NCBI GenBank assembly: GCA_035285125.1
Contig: JAYKHR010000074.1
Span: forward strand, 1-64,000
Direction of reading: 5' to 3'
Length of the DNA stretch: 64,000 nt
DNA from: Candidatus Sericytochromatia bacterium
GTDB lineage: Bacteria > Cyanobacteriota > Sericytochromatia > S15B-MN24 > JAQBPE01
Below are positions 23,915 to 32,722 of the stretch, piece by piece. The position numbers were made by a program, and so were the translations under genes. Each line of letters starts with the position of its first letter. The stretch's first letter is position 1. The notes below the pieces were generated by a model. That model saw nothing but the letters and a program-made list of their open reading frames with translations, made no database searches and was not told the origin of the DNA.

Positions 23915-25275
23915 GGTGTTCCCAGCGTAGCCGATCGGCCTGACGGTGGGAAGGTGCCCCGCGGAGAGCGTCCTCGGCCGTACAGTCGAACGGCCAACAC
24001 CTCGGCCTCGAAGCGCCGACCGGCCAGGCGCCAGGCCGACGCGAGGCGCCTCCAGTCGCGATCGCCTTGCAGCATCTCCGACACCTCGTTGCTGCCGCTC
24101 AGGGCAGCCATCATCCGGGCGGAGAACCGGAACCGCTGCGGGTGGTGGCGGGCGAAAGCAGCCAGGACGGCGAGCCCCGTTTCGATGGGCAGGTAGCGGG
24201 CCTCATCGACCACCTCGACAACGACCCCTCCCGAGCCACCGTGCACCTCCGGCCGAAAGGCCACGCCGGGCAGCCTCGCCGCAGCAGCCACACGCGCAAC
24301 GGCCCCCCCGTCAGCCCAGGGGGCCCCGAACCAGGCAAAGGCCCTGCCAGGCCACCGACACGCGACGTTGGTGGCTTCGAACAGCCCCAGCCCACCGTAG
24401 CGCAGGGCGTCTGAGGGGGTCCGCAGGGCAGGCGAGGGGGCATGCCAGGCCAGCCCGCCACGGCCATAGGCCGGCTGTCCAGCCCAACCCTGGACGGGTA
24501 CCACGACAAGCTGGGGTGGCGCCGCCATCCCCGCCGCAGCCAACAGGGCGAGCTCTCCCAACGTCAGCCCGTGGCACAGAGGCACGGGCGGCCCCCCCAG
24601 GCGCCCCTCGCCTCCCACGGGCCACGCCCCCTGCGCGGGTCCAGGCACCGGCGTGGGGCGATCCAGCACCCAGACCGGCCTGCGGGCTTGGCCGGCGGCC
24701 TCCACGACGCGCCAAACCAGCATCTCGTAGGTGTAATGCCGAACGCCGACATCCTGTATGTCGACGACGAGGCCGTCGAGCGGCAGGAGGTGCTGCCGCA
24801 CGGTCTGCACCGTGGCGCCGTCCAGGGTCACACAGGGCAGGCCGGTGCGCGGATCGCGCCCGGCTTCACCACGCCCTTGCGCACGAGCCCCCAGCCCGTG
24901 TTCGGGAGCGAAGAGCCTGACGACTTTCCCCTTGCCGAGGTGCACCAGGGCCTCGGCGGCGGTGCGTCCATCGCCCGCCCGGGCAGCGTCGTGGGTGAGC
25001 AGACCGAGCCGCTTGCCCCCCCAGGCAGCCGGAGCCTCGGCGAGCACGACGTCGAGCCCCGTTGCGATGCGCGGGGGCGCAGCCAGCCCCGGCCCCGGGG
25101 CCAACAGCGTGAGCCAGGCGATCGAGAGGCCCAGGCCCGCGCGGAAGGAGGCGCAGCAACGTCCAGCCGGGCGCCAGGCGTCCGTTAGCCCTGGGACGTT
25201 CGGGGGTAGGAAGGGAACGCAGCGTGGCGTCGGGGGGCGTCCCCCGTCGCCATCCAGCTCGAGGATACCTGCCAT
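23911..25275 (-). CDS. DUF1343 / exo-beta-N-acetylmuramidase NamZ family protein (true start probably downstream of 25275)
   Basis: TGLDV, FAPEHG, DIQDVGVRHYTY, VLDRP, HGLTLGELA, PSPAL. Confidence 0.8.
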   Translation of the reverse strand: MAGILELDGDGGRPPTPRCVPFLPPNVPGLTDAWRPAGRCCASFRAGLGLSIAWLTLLAPGPGLAAPPRIATGLDVVLAEAPAAWGGKRLGLLTHDAARAGDGRTAAEALVHLGKGKVVRLFAPEHGLGARAQGRGEAGRDPRTGLPCVTLDGATVQTVRQHLLPLDGLVVDIQDVGVRHYTYEMLVWRVVEAAGQARRPVWVLDRPTPVPGPAQGAWPVGGEGRLGGPPVPLCHGLTLGELALLAAAGMAAPPQLVVVPVQGWAGQPAYGRGGLAWHAPSPALRTPSDALRYGGLGLFEATNVACRWPGRAFAWFGAPWADGGAVARVAAAARLPGVAFRPEVHGGSGGVVVEVVDEARYLPIETGLAVLAAFARHHPQRFRFSARMMAALSGSNEVSEMLQGDRDWRRLASAWRLAGRRFEAEVLAVRLYGRGRSPRGTFPPSGRSATLGTP

Positions 25276-25447
25276 GATCTGCCCCTTGATGAGCTACGCC
25301 GCCAACCAGGTCGCCTGCGCCCGGGAGCAGTGCGCCATGTGGGACAAGCGTGAAGAGACTTGTGGGGTGCTGGCAACGGGGACCCGGATCCAGGACAGCA
25401 TCTTGGATCTTGTCCACACGTTGAACGACATCAAGGTCAAGTTCTGA
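25274..25447 (+). CDS. Small four-Cys hypothetical protein (57 aa)
   Basis: GAGG then ATG 25274: MICPLMSYAANQVACAREQCAMWDKREETC...; followed by a hairpin. Confidence 0.65.
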   Translation: MICPLMSYAANQVACAREQCAMWDKREETCGVLATGTRIQDSILDLVHTLNDIKVKF

Positions 25448-25470
25448 CCCCTGGTCGAGGCACCAAACCG

Positions 25471-25502
25471 ACAGGCCCCGCTGGAGCACCAGCGGGGCCT
25501 GT
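25471..25502. terminator. 14-bp hairpin between convergent small genes
   Basis: acaggccccgctgg-agca-ccagcggggcctgt. Confidence 0.7.
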
Positions 25503-25504
25503 GT

Positions 25505-25792
25505 TCACTGGTTCAGACGCCTGACGATGAGGGTCCCGAAGGGGTTGGTGTCGCCGCCCTTGGAGCCTTCGAGGAGGAGGGCATCCTGCTGGGGGATGAC
25601 GGTGGGGCCCGGCGCCTCATGTTGGTCCACCGGGGCGGACGCCGGCTTGCCCTGCGGCAGGTCTTCCTCGTCAGGGGGGCGCCTCCCCTCCCACGGGTTC
25701 GCCTTGAGGCGCTGTGTCAGCCAGAGCCGACGAGCAGACTCGTCCTCTCGGGAGTAGTTACGCGGCGAAAGCTCGTTGGCGGGATCCAGCAT
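25505..25792 (-). CDS. Hypothetical protein (95 aa)
   Basis: GGAGG before ATG; last gene of a three-gene minus-strand unit. Confidence 0.6.
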   Translation of the reverse strand: MLDPANELSPRNYSREDESARRLWLTQRLKANPWEGRRPPDEEDLPQGKPASAPVDQHEAPGPTVIPQQDALLLEGSKGGDTNPFGTLIVRRLNQ

Positions 25793-25804
25793 GGCCCCTC
25801 CTGG

Positions 25805-25981
25805 TCAAGAACCCTTTTGTTGGTCCTTTTTCTCGCGTGCCTTGCGAGCGGTCTCGTGCAGCAGCGGAAAGGATGGGTCGTCCATGATGCGTTTGGCGAG
25901 GGCCTCGACGTGCCGCTCGGTGTTCTCGGAACGGGCCAGCCGCTTCGTGCCGCGGGAAGGCCCCTTGGACGAATCGGTCAT
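25805..25981 (-). CDS. Small basic hypothetical protein (58 aa)
   Basis: MTDSSKGPSRGTKRLARSENTERHVEALAKRIMDDPSFPLLHETARKAREKKDQQKGS; fills the gap between neighbours; below ORF-track cutoff. Confidence 0.55.
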   Translation of the reverse strand: MTDSSKGPSRGTKRLARSENTERHVEALAKRIMDDPSFPLLHETARKAREKKDQQKGS

Positions 25982-25983
25982 GC

Positions 25984-26268
25984 TCAGCCGACCAGGGACA
26001 CGACCTCGCCGAGCGCCTGCTCCGCAAGGTTGCGGGCGAACGTCGCGGGATCGGGATCGTAAGCCGAGGCCAGCCGCTCCAAGGAGGCAGCCGAGGCAGC
26101 TGAGGCGTTCGGAGCGCTTCCCGCCACGGCGCTGGTGCGAACCAGAGAGTCCGAGCGGAAGGAGGCCTTGGGCGCATCCTTCGCGGCTTCCTTCGCGGCG
26201 TCCGCTCCGCCGAGGCGCTTTGCGAGGCCGTTGAGGCCCAGGTTCTTGTTGTTGTTGATCATCGTCAT
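25984..26268 (-). CDS. Small hypothetical protein (94 aa), weakly FlgM-like
   Basis: GAGGA then ATG 26268; low-complexity N-half, SDSLVRTS, C-terminal YDPDPATFARNL. Confidence 0.6.
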   Translation of the reverse strand: MTMINNNKNLGLNGLAKRLGGADAAKEAAKDAPKASFRSDSLVRTSAVAGSAPNASAASAASLERLASAYDPDPATFARNLAEQALGEVVSLVG

Positions 26269-26614
26269 CGTGATGTCCTCAGGTCCCAGTTTTTTGGGTT
26301 TGCCACGCACCGTCAAGGCTTATATCGGAGGTTCGCGCAGCTCACATGAGGTTGTATAGCGGCCCATCGGAAAAACTTGCGAGGTTAAAACCCGTTTATA
26401 CAGATTTTTAATGCGATTTTTACTCCCGAGCCCTGGGACCCGCTCGAGAAGCGGACCTCGGGGGAGTCGGGGCGGCACGCTCCTCCACGATCAGTCATTC
26501 CCCAAAAACGCTGGTTCGAACAGGATTTCTGAGGCAGGGCCCGGGCGCGGAGGAGGCGGCCGTTATGGTTAAATCGTGACTAAGATCACAAGCCGATCAC
26601 GGCGTCGGCCCGGC

Positions 26615-27571
26615 TCACTTGAGCAGGCCAATTTCACGCAAGCGCTGCTCGAGAAATGCCCCGGCCGTGATGGGCGCAAAGCGGCGGGGGTTGTCGGGGG
26701 TCTCGCAGCAGGGCAAGCACTCGATGTTGAACTCGCTGTAAGGGTGCACGAAGAACGGCAGCGAGTAGCGAACGGTGTTCTCGCCCACGGGGTTGACCAC
26801 CCGGTGGGTGGTGGCCGGAATCACCTGGTTGGTGAGCCGGCTCAGCATGTCTCCAGCATCGACCACCAGCTGCCCTGCGAGCGCGTCGATCGCCACCCAC
26901 TCGTCGTCGCGCGTGAGGATCTCCAACCCCGCCGAGGTCGCCTCGCACAGGATCGTGATCATGTTGATGTCTTCGTGCGCGGCGGCCCGCACAGCGTTCG
27001 GCGGCATGCCAGGCTGCAGCGGCGGGTAGTGGATGGCCCGCATGATGTGGTTGCCGTTCTCGACTGCCTTCACGAAGAGGTCGCGGTCCGGGAGCTCGAA
27101 GTAGTCGCCGAGGGCCAGCAGGAGGATGCGGGCGTTCGCTTCGAGCTGGTCGAAGAGGGCAAGCGTCACCTCGCGCAGCTCAGGCAGCTCTTCGGGCCAC
27201 ACGTTGGCCGGATACTGACCGGCCATCGGGTGACCCTCGCCAACCTCGCGTCCGACGTGCCAGAACTCCTTGAGGTCACCCACGCCGTTGTCCTTGGCGT
27301 GCTCCTTCATGAAGCCCGTGAACCCACGCTGGCCGCCGGCCACCCCGCCATAGCGTTCCTTCGTCTCACGCGGGAGGCCGTAAAACTGCTCGAAAAGCGC
27401 ATAGGTCCGCCGGATCAGGTCTGGGTCCACGTGGTGCTGCTCGATGGCCACAAAGCCGAGGTCCTTGAGGCCCTCGCCCCAAGTGCGGACAAAGGCAGCC
27501 TTCTGCTCAGGCGTGCCATCCGTGTAATGGCGCATGTTCAGCACGGGAATCTGAATCTTGGTGGTGCTCAT
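26615..27571 (-). CDS. 2-oxoglutarate/Fe(II) oxygenase, isopenicillin N synthase family
   Basis: DLKEFW, HYPP, AHEDIN (HxD), THRV, RYS. Confidence 0.9.
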   Translation of the reverse strand: MSTTKIQIPVLNMRHYTDGTPEQKAAFVRTWGEGLKDLGFVAIEQHHVDPDLIRRTYALFEQFYGLPRETKERYGGVAGGQRGFTGFMKEHAKDNGVGDLKEFWHVGREVGEGHPMAGQYPANVWPEELPELREVTLALFDQLEANARILLLALGDYFELPDRDLFVKAVENGNHIMRAIHYPPLQPGMPPNAVRAAAHEDINMITILCEATSAGLEILTRDDEWVAIDALAGQLVVDAGDMLSRLTNQVIPATTHRVVNPVGENTVRYSLPFFVHPYSEFNIECLPCCETPDNPRRFAPITAGAFLEQRLREIGLLK

Positions 27572-27757
27572 GAAGGCCTCCAGGGAGGGGTGTGTCACGC
27601 TGTGCGGCACCGGCGTGGCCGGGCCTCGCGAACAGCATGCCCAGCATGGCGGAGGCCATCACGACCCCCGGGCAGCGAGAGGTTGCGCCCCAAGGCCCAC
27701 AGGCGAGGCAACCGGCGTGGGGGGCTGCTGCCGTCTACGGATTGGCCCCGATACGAC

Positions 27758-27790
27758 AAACCGCCCAACCCTGATTGAGGGCGGGCGGTT
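27758..27790 (-). terminator. Intrinsic terminator downstream of tmRNA
   Basis: Minus strand aaccgcccgccct-caatc-agggttgggcggttt. Confidence 0.6.
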
Positions 27791-27815
27791 GGCCGGAACC
27801 GGATGGTTCACCAGA

Positions 27816-28214
27816 GGTGGAGATGGCGGGAATTGAACCCGCGTCCCGAAAGCAAACCATGGCAGCGTCTACGTGTGTAGCCTGGGAATTGTTTGACGCC
27901 CGGCACCTCTCCTCGGCGCAAGGAACCGGACGCGAGTCACCTTTGGTCTTAGCCCGCCGACAGACGACACTTCGAACGGGAGCACCCGGCTAATTTGCCA
28001 ACACAGTCCGCCGGTGAGGCCGTGTCGGAGTCTATCAACCTTTGGTCAGAACCTAGGCCGCGATTGCGGCGACCCGGGTGGACTTGGGGGTGATAGCGGT
28101 CAAGAAGGTAGGCTTCTTGGCACTTGTTTGGTTGCCGCTGGTTTAACGAGTAACGTCGGCATCCTCGACACGCGGCCACCACCGTCAACTCCCGGTCGAA
28201 ACCGTGACATCCCC
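27816..28214 (-). ncRNA. ssrA: tmRNA (SsrA), one-piece
   Basis: 5' GGGGATGTCACGGTTTCGAC; 3' GACGCGGGTTCAATTCCCGCCATCTCCACC; internal tag ORF ending AIAA-stop. Confidence 0.95.
28053..28121 (-). other. tmRNA tag reading frame (A)AKKPTFLTAITPKSTRVAAIAA*
   Basis: Resume codon GCC after ACAAGT; C-terminal AA then TAG. Confidence 0.8.
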
Positions 28215-28229
28215 AGTGGTAGTACCAAC

Positions 28230-28258
28230 AACATATCCCGAGATCTCAGTCCTGTCAA
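28230..28258 (-). promoter_or_regulatory. Sigma70 promoter of ssrA (TTGACA-17-TATGTT)
   Basis: Perfect -35 and 17-bp spacer just upstream of the tmRNA 5' end. Confidence 0.75.
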
Positions 28259-28349
28259 TACATACGGCGTTGCCGAAAAGCAAACGACCATCACGTGGGC
28301 GCAGCCGGGTACATGGGCGAAGACGCGTCACCCTCAGGGAGGCCCCCCC

Positions 28350-28874
28350 GTGCAGATGAATTTCACCGGCCAAGCCTCGAAGCAAGGCCAGCTGCCTATC
28401 GGCCTGACAGCGGCGCTGGGTTACTTCGAGGATGTGAAGGCCTTCATTCAGAAAATCGAGGACGTCAAGGAGATCCGCGACCTGGCCCTCCCGCGCGCTT
28501 ACATGATGACCCACCATCCTATGGGGGGCCTGAACTACCACATCACCGTCGTGACGGCCATACAAGCGGAGACCACTTCGTCCGGCCTGGTGTTGAAGGC
28601 CCTCGACTTCGACCACCAGAAGGTCAAAAGCGAGCACCAGGTGGTCAAGGGCTTCATCGATGGCCGCCTCGACGCGCGCGCCGTCTCAGAGCAGCAAACC
28701 GCCATCGATTTCGCGTTCTCGCTGTCCCTCGAATTCGACGTCCCGGCGGCGCTGGCGCTCGTGCCGAGGCCCCTCGTCCAGGCGACGGCCGACGGCCTGA
28801 TGCGCCTCAAGCTCGGGCTGATCGTGGAGAACCTGTACGGCAAGGTCCGCCAGGACTTCAACCTGACGACCTGA
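28350..28874 (+). CDS. DUF1997/SRPBCC-like protein
   Basis: GGAGG then GTG 28350; C-terminal VPAALALVPRPLVQATADGLM...VRQDF resembles cyanobacterial DUF1997 (from recall). Confidence 0.6.
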   Translation: MQMNFTGQASKQGQLPIGLTAALGYFEDVKAFIQKIEDVKEIRDLALPRAYMMTHHPMGGLNYHITVVTAIQAETTSSGLVLKALDFDHQKVKSEHQVVKGFIDGRLDARAVSEQQTAIDFAFSLSLEFDVPAALALVPRPLVQATADGLMRLKLGLIVENLYGKVRQDFNLTT

Positions 28875-28885
28875 GTCCCCGTGCC

Positions 28886-29722
28886 TCAGCTGGGCGGCAG
28901 GGTCGAAACCGAAATCTCGAGCAGGCCGCCGGAGAGTGAGGGCGCCGCGAGCACCGCACCTCCGAGCGAGGGGCGCGCGGGCAGGAAATCCTTCAACCTG
29001 TGAACAGCCATGGCCAGAGGCGGGGGAGACGGGCTGTGGTCTGTCTCCAGCAGGAAGTAGCGGGCCTCCGGCATGGCTGCGTGGATGGCATTCAGGTTCG
29101 CAGGCTCGTTGTCGAACACCGCGGCGCAAGGGGCCTCGGCCGCCAGGCGAAGCGCCTGAAGCCGCTTGTATTCGACGTCTCCGACGTGCTTGTCCTGAGC
29201 GGCCTTGAGCACGAGGGTCGCCTCCCGGCCCGGAACCGGGAAGCCCCCCGCCTCGAGGGTGCCCCGGGTGTCGTCGGTCATCTCCTCCGGCCGGCCGGAC
29301 AGGTAGATGATGCGTGCGCCGACCTCGGCGAGCCGGGACACGTAGCCCGCGGCGCCCAGGTTGATGGCGTCGTGGCGGGTGTAAGCCCCGTGCAGAAAGC
29401 GGTCGTAGAAGGCTGACTGGAGGGCGCGTTGCTGATGTTCGTCCTGGATGCCGACGAGGCGCAGGGCCTCCACGACGTCATATGGAATGGGACCCGTTGC
29501 CAGCGCCACGAGGGCAGCAGCCACCTCGGGGTGGGCCTCGACGGTTCCGGCAAGTTCCCGGAAGATGGCTTGCTTGCGGGGACGCACCAGGAACAGCGTG
29601 TCGTCCAGGTCGAAGACCACCTGAGGCCGCAGGCCACGGGCGGCACGCCGGGCCACTTCGTCCGTCACGGCTGCGAGGGGGCAGCAGGTGTCGGGGTCGA
29701 CTTTGAGGCTAACAGGGACCAT
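28886..29722 (-). CDS. HAD-superfamily hydrolase/phosphatase
   Basis: VFDLDDTL motif I, YLSGR motif II, EYK, VFDNEPAN. Confidence 0.8.
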   Translation of the reverse strand: MVPVSLKVDPDTCCPLAAVTDEVARRAARGLRPQVVFDLDDTLFLVRPRKQAIFRELAGTVEAHPEVAAALVALATGPIPYDVVEALRLVGIQDEHQQRALQSAFYDRFLHGAYTRHDAINLGAAGYVSRLAEVGARIIYLSGRPEEMTDDTRGTLEAGGFPVPGREATLVLKAAQDKHVGDVEYKRLQALRLAAEAPCAAVFDNEPANLNAIHAAMPEARYFLLETDHSPSPPPLAMAVHRLKDFLPARPSLGGAVLAAPSLSGGLLEISVSTLPPS

Positions 29723-29804
29723 GGGGGTTGAACTCCGCTCTCTCCACCGGTCCAGCCTGGCGTGTGCGCCTCGGTGGCTGAACCCTCCTTATTGTAGCAT
29801 ATGG

Positions 29805-29819
29805 TTAAGGAGAAATTAA
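29805..29819. promoter_or_regulatory. TTAA-N7-TTAA regulator site upstream of the HAD gene
   Basis: TTAAggagaaaTTAA next to a minus-strand TGCTACAAT extended -10. Confidence 0.6.
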
Positions 29820-30063
29820 CCGCCCGCGCCATTATATTATGAAGCTTTATTAACAAAACCCCAAGATGATGCCAGAAGGCCGCTCACCAGCGGGGGAGCC
29901 GGCGCCGGCAGCACCCTGTAGCCCTTCAAGCGCCTTAGAGCATCCTTAATCTGCCCCTCCCAACAGACCACGGATGGGACCTTACGGCTGCGGTCCCCCG
30001 CCAGGTTTCGCGGTCGCCCCCGGCGGGCGGGGAGGCCTTAGCGGCCAGCACCGTCCAGGCAGA

Positions 30064-30096
30064 GAGGCGCGCCCCACGGGTTGTGGGGCGCGCCTC
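30064..30096. terminator. Perfect 14-bp hairpin
   Basis: gaggcgcgccccac-gggtt-gtggggcgcgcctc; no U-tract. Confidence 0.55.
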
Positions 30097-30134
30097 GGGA
30101 ACAGGTGCCCAAAAACAGGCAGGCAGGACCCGGG

Positions 30135-31466
30135 TCAGCGACCCACCTGACGGGCGTTCACGTCGTCCCAGAAGGTCTCGACGTCGAAGCGTTCGAAGAG
30201 CCGCCACTTCAGGCGTTGCCAGGTACCGATCTCCTGCAGGCCCTCGACGACGAGGCTCCACCGCCGTGCCATCTTCCTGGCGCGAACGACGTCCTTGCGG
30301 GCAAGCGCGAGCTTCTTGGAGCGGGAGTGGCCCATCCCGACCACCATCGCCTCAGCCATCTGGAGCTCCCGCTCAAGCGCCACTTCCACCCGCGCGAGGT
30401 CCGAGGTGAGCACGTTCCGCGCAGCCTGCTCGGAGCTGGCGAGGATCCGCTGAGCGGCCTGGTAGGCCTCGGCGGCAGGCCGGATTTCGTGGACCTGGGC
30501 GCAGGCCTGGATGGCCACCTTCATCTGGTCCTCGAGCGCCCGTTGCTCGCGGCGCGAGGTCGCCTCCACGTCGAGCTTCAGGCGGTCCAGGGCGAGGTCG
30601 AACGGAGAACCGGGGGCCTTGCCGAGCCAATCCTGGACGGCGAAGTAAATCGTTCGGATCGATGGTGGCGTGGTGTCTCGCCCCTGCTCGCCGAGCATCT
30701 CCTGGATCGCGTTCAGGCGGGTGCAGGCAGCCTGCTTGATGCGCTCACCCTCGGCCCGCGCCTCGGGCGTGGCACCACCGGACGCAGCCAGGTGGCGCAG
30801 CTGCCGCTGCAGCAAACCCTTGATGGTGGCCTCGGCGAACTGCACGGGCACGACCATCTGCCGGTCGCGGGCATGGTCGAGCACGCGGTCGAACGCCCGC
30901 AGGAACTCGACGATGTCGCCCAAGCCGTCCGGCCCGAGCGCGCTCCTGTACCCCTGCACCAGCGACGCGGTGAGCGCGCGGGCGTCAGCCAGCGCCAGGG
31001 CCTGCAGTTGGAGCTCACCGTAGCCAGGCACCTGCTGCAGCACGGCCTTGTAGACGTCCTCGGCCTGCCGCGTCGCCTGGCGGGCGTGGTGAACCGCGTG
31101 CCGATGCTTGGCATGCGCCTGTTCGAGGAAGGACCTGTACCGCTGCTGCGCGGTGCCGACCTGCCGTTCGTAGGTGAGCTGGGTCTCGCCCTTCTCGGCG
31201 TCGGCCTGCCGCTCCAGCTTCTTCAACGTCGCTTCGCGCCGCTCGACAGCCATCCTGGCCTGCCAGACGTAGCGCTCCGCAAGTTGCACGGCCTTTTTGT
31301 AGGTCGCAGCGGAGCTGTAAAGCAGCTTGTGGCGAACCTCTCGCGGATGCGGCGGCTCGATCGGCAGGGTGGCGACCCCGGACGGCACCAGCGCCCCAGC
31401 CTGACGCTGGGGGCGGGCCTTGACCTGGAGTGCGGCGTTCAGTTCGCGCTGGTTCGCGAGGGTCAT
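30135..31466 (-). CDS. Hypothetical alpha-helical/coiled-coil protein
   Basis: Long A/Q/R/E-rich helical ORF; ATG 31466 inferred. Confidence 0.7.
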   Translation of the reverse strand: MTLANQRELNAALQVKARPQRQAGALVPSGVATLPIEPPHPREVRHKLLYSSAATYKKAVQLAERYVWQARMAVERREATLKKLERQADAEKGETQLTYERQVGTAQQRYRSFLEQAHAKHRHAVHHARQATRQAEDVYKAVLQQVPGYGELQLQALALADARALTASLVQGYRSALGPDGLGDIVEFLRAFDRVLDHARDRQMVVPVQFAEATIKGLLQRQLRHLAASGGATPEARAEGERIKQAACTRLNAIQEMLGEQGRDTTPPSIRTIYFAVQDWLGKAPGSPFDLALDRLKLDVEATSRREQRALEDQMKVAIQACAQVHEIRPAAEAYQAAQRILASSEQAARNVLTSDLARVEVALERELQMAEAMVVGMGHSRSKKLALARKDVVRARKMARRWSLVVEGLQEIGTWQRLKWRLFERFDVETFWDDVNARQVGR

Positions 31467-31600
31467 GTGGTTACCCCGTGTCGACCGACGCCACCCACGG
31501 AGCCAGCGCATCCGCTGCAGCGTCGCTTGGACATAATAGCCACTGCGAGCGGACCTGCCTGTGACGCCCGTCATGTGCGCTCAATTTGGGGGATCGCGCC

Positions 31601-32206
31601 TCAGCCGCGCGTGGCGTCCAGCCCGTAAATTTGCCGCCCCTCCGAGAGCCAGCGGCGCTCGAAGCCCGTGAGCACCCGTCCCTTGGGAACGGCCACCGTG
31701 CAACGAAAGCCAGCCTCGGCAAGGCCCGCCAGGGAGAACTCGAACAGCCCAGGATCATCCGTGCGGAAGTGGAACACGCCCTCGGGCGCCAGGCAACGGT
31801 GGTAGAGCGCCAGGTACTTGGGGGCCGTCAGGCGCCGGTCCGGATGCCGGGGCCAGGGGTCGGGAAACAGCAGCGTCAGGCGGGCCGCATCGCCAGGCCC
31901 GAGGGCCTCCAGGGTGCGCACGGCATCCCCGGGCACGAAGCGCACGTGGCGGACCCCGTGCCTGAGGGCCATCTGACGCGCGGTGTAGATGCGGTGCATC
32001 TTGATCTCGAGGCCGAGGTGGTTCATCTCGGGCTGGCTCTGGGCAAAGGCGACGAGGTGGTGGCCCAGCCCCACACCCATCTCGACATGAAGGGGCGCTT
32101 CACGGCCGAAGGTGCGCTCCCAGCGGCCGGCGAACCGCGCAGGGTCGAGCAGCACGTCGAAGGGTGGGGCCTGGTAATACTCGTAGGCGAGTTGCTTTTT
32201 GCCCAT
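31601..32206 (-). CDS. trmB: tRNA (guanine-N7)-methyltransferase
   Basis: EMGVGLG, GLEI, FPDPWPR, FRTD, TGFERR. Confidence 0.88.
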   Translation of the reverse strand: MGKKQLAYEYYQAPPFDVLLDPARFAGRWERTFGREAPLHVEMGVGLGHHLVAFAQSQPEMNHLGLEIKMHRIYTARQMALRHGVRHVRFVPGDAVRTLEALGPGDAARLTLLFPDPWPRHPDRRLTAPKYLALYHRCLAPEGVFHFRTDDPGLFEFSLAGLAEAGFRCTVAVPKGRVLTGFERRWLSEGRQIYGLDATRG

Positions 32207-32343
32207 GGTGCCCCATTCTACTGCCTCTGGCAGAGGGCCGCTCGGCTCCCCGTTGCCCCTTGGACGGCCGCCGGGTTATCCTGTGGCCCTGAGCCGTACG
32301 CGCCGGCCGGCCGGCCGGCGATATATCTTCAGGAGGATCCGCC

Positions 32344-32664
32344 ATGTGGGGCTTCGCCCAAATCAAGTACGCCAACGGTAATGTCTGGAGCCGGGGCGTC
32401 GTCTCGCTCCACAGCTCCGGCTGGGTGCACCTCATCACGTATCCGCTCGAGGCCCAGGAAGAGCTGATCATGATGACCTTTCCCGCAAACCAGGTCGAGC
32501 AGCTGCAGTGGCTCGAGGTCAAGCTGTCGCCCCTCGATAAGGAAGGGAACGGCATCGGTGCAGCGAAGGCCGTGCTCGACAAGTACCGGGATGCCCTCTA
32601 CCCGCAGGTCGAGGGGGTTGAAGGCTCCCAGGCGCCTCAGGCAGAAGCCGCGCCCACGGCCTGA
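32344..32664 (+). CDS. Hypothetical protein (106 aa)
   Basis: AGGAGG RBS, coding-like codon bias. Confidence 0.7.
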   Translation: MWGFAQIKYANGNVWSRGVVSLHSSGWVHLITYPLEAQEELIMMTFPANQVEQLQWLEVKLSPLDKEGNGIGAAKAVLDKYRDALYPQVEGVEGSQAPQAEAAPTA

Positions 32665-32689
32665 CCACCGGGCGCCCTGAACGCTCTCC

Positions 32690-32717
32690 GACCCCTCGCC
32701 GTTCGCGGCGAGGGGTC
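32690..32717. terminator. 12-bp hairpin with TTCG loop between convergent genes
   Basis: gacccctcgccg-ttcg-cggcgaggggtc. Confidence 0.7.
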
Positions 32718-32722
32718 ATTGT

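Noticed and set aside
26517..26530. Second LexA box (CGAACAGGATTTCT)
   Set aside because: Mismatch in the GTTC half-site and not positioned over a recognisable promoter
26490..26535. ydaO/c-di-AMP riboswitch resemblance (GAACCA...TTTTGGGG on the minus strand)
   Set aside because: Other conserved segments are missing; kept only as a generic structured-region finding
27700..27830. Integrated element at the tmRNA 3' end
   Set aside because: No integrase and no duplicated 3' end seen; a terminator and an ordinary gene follow, so the site looks empty
27775..28349. ORFs overlapping tmRNA, including the 5' extension of 28014-28874
   Set aside because: The region is explained by ssrA and its promoter; the real CDS start has an RBS before 28350
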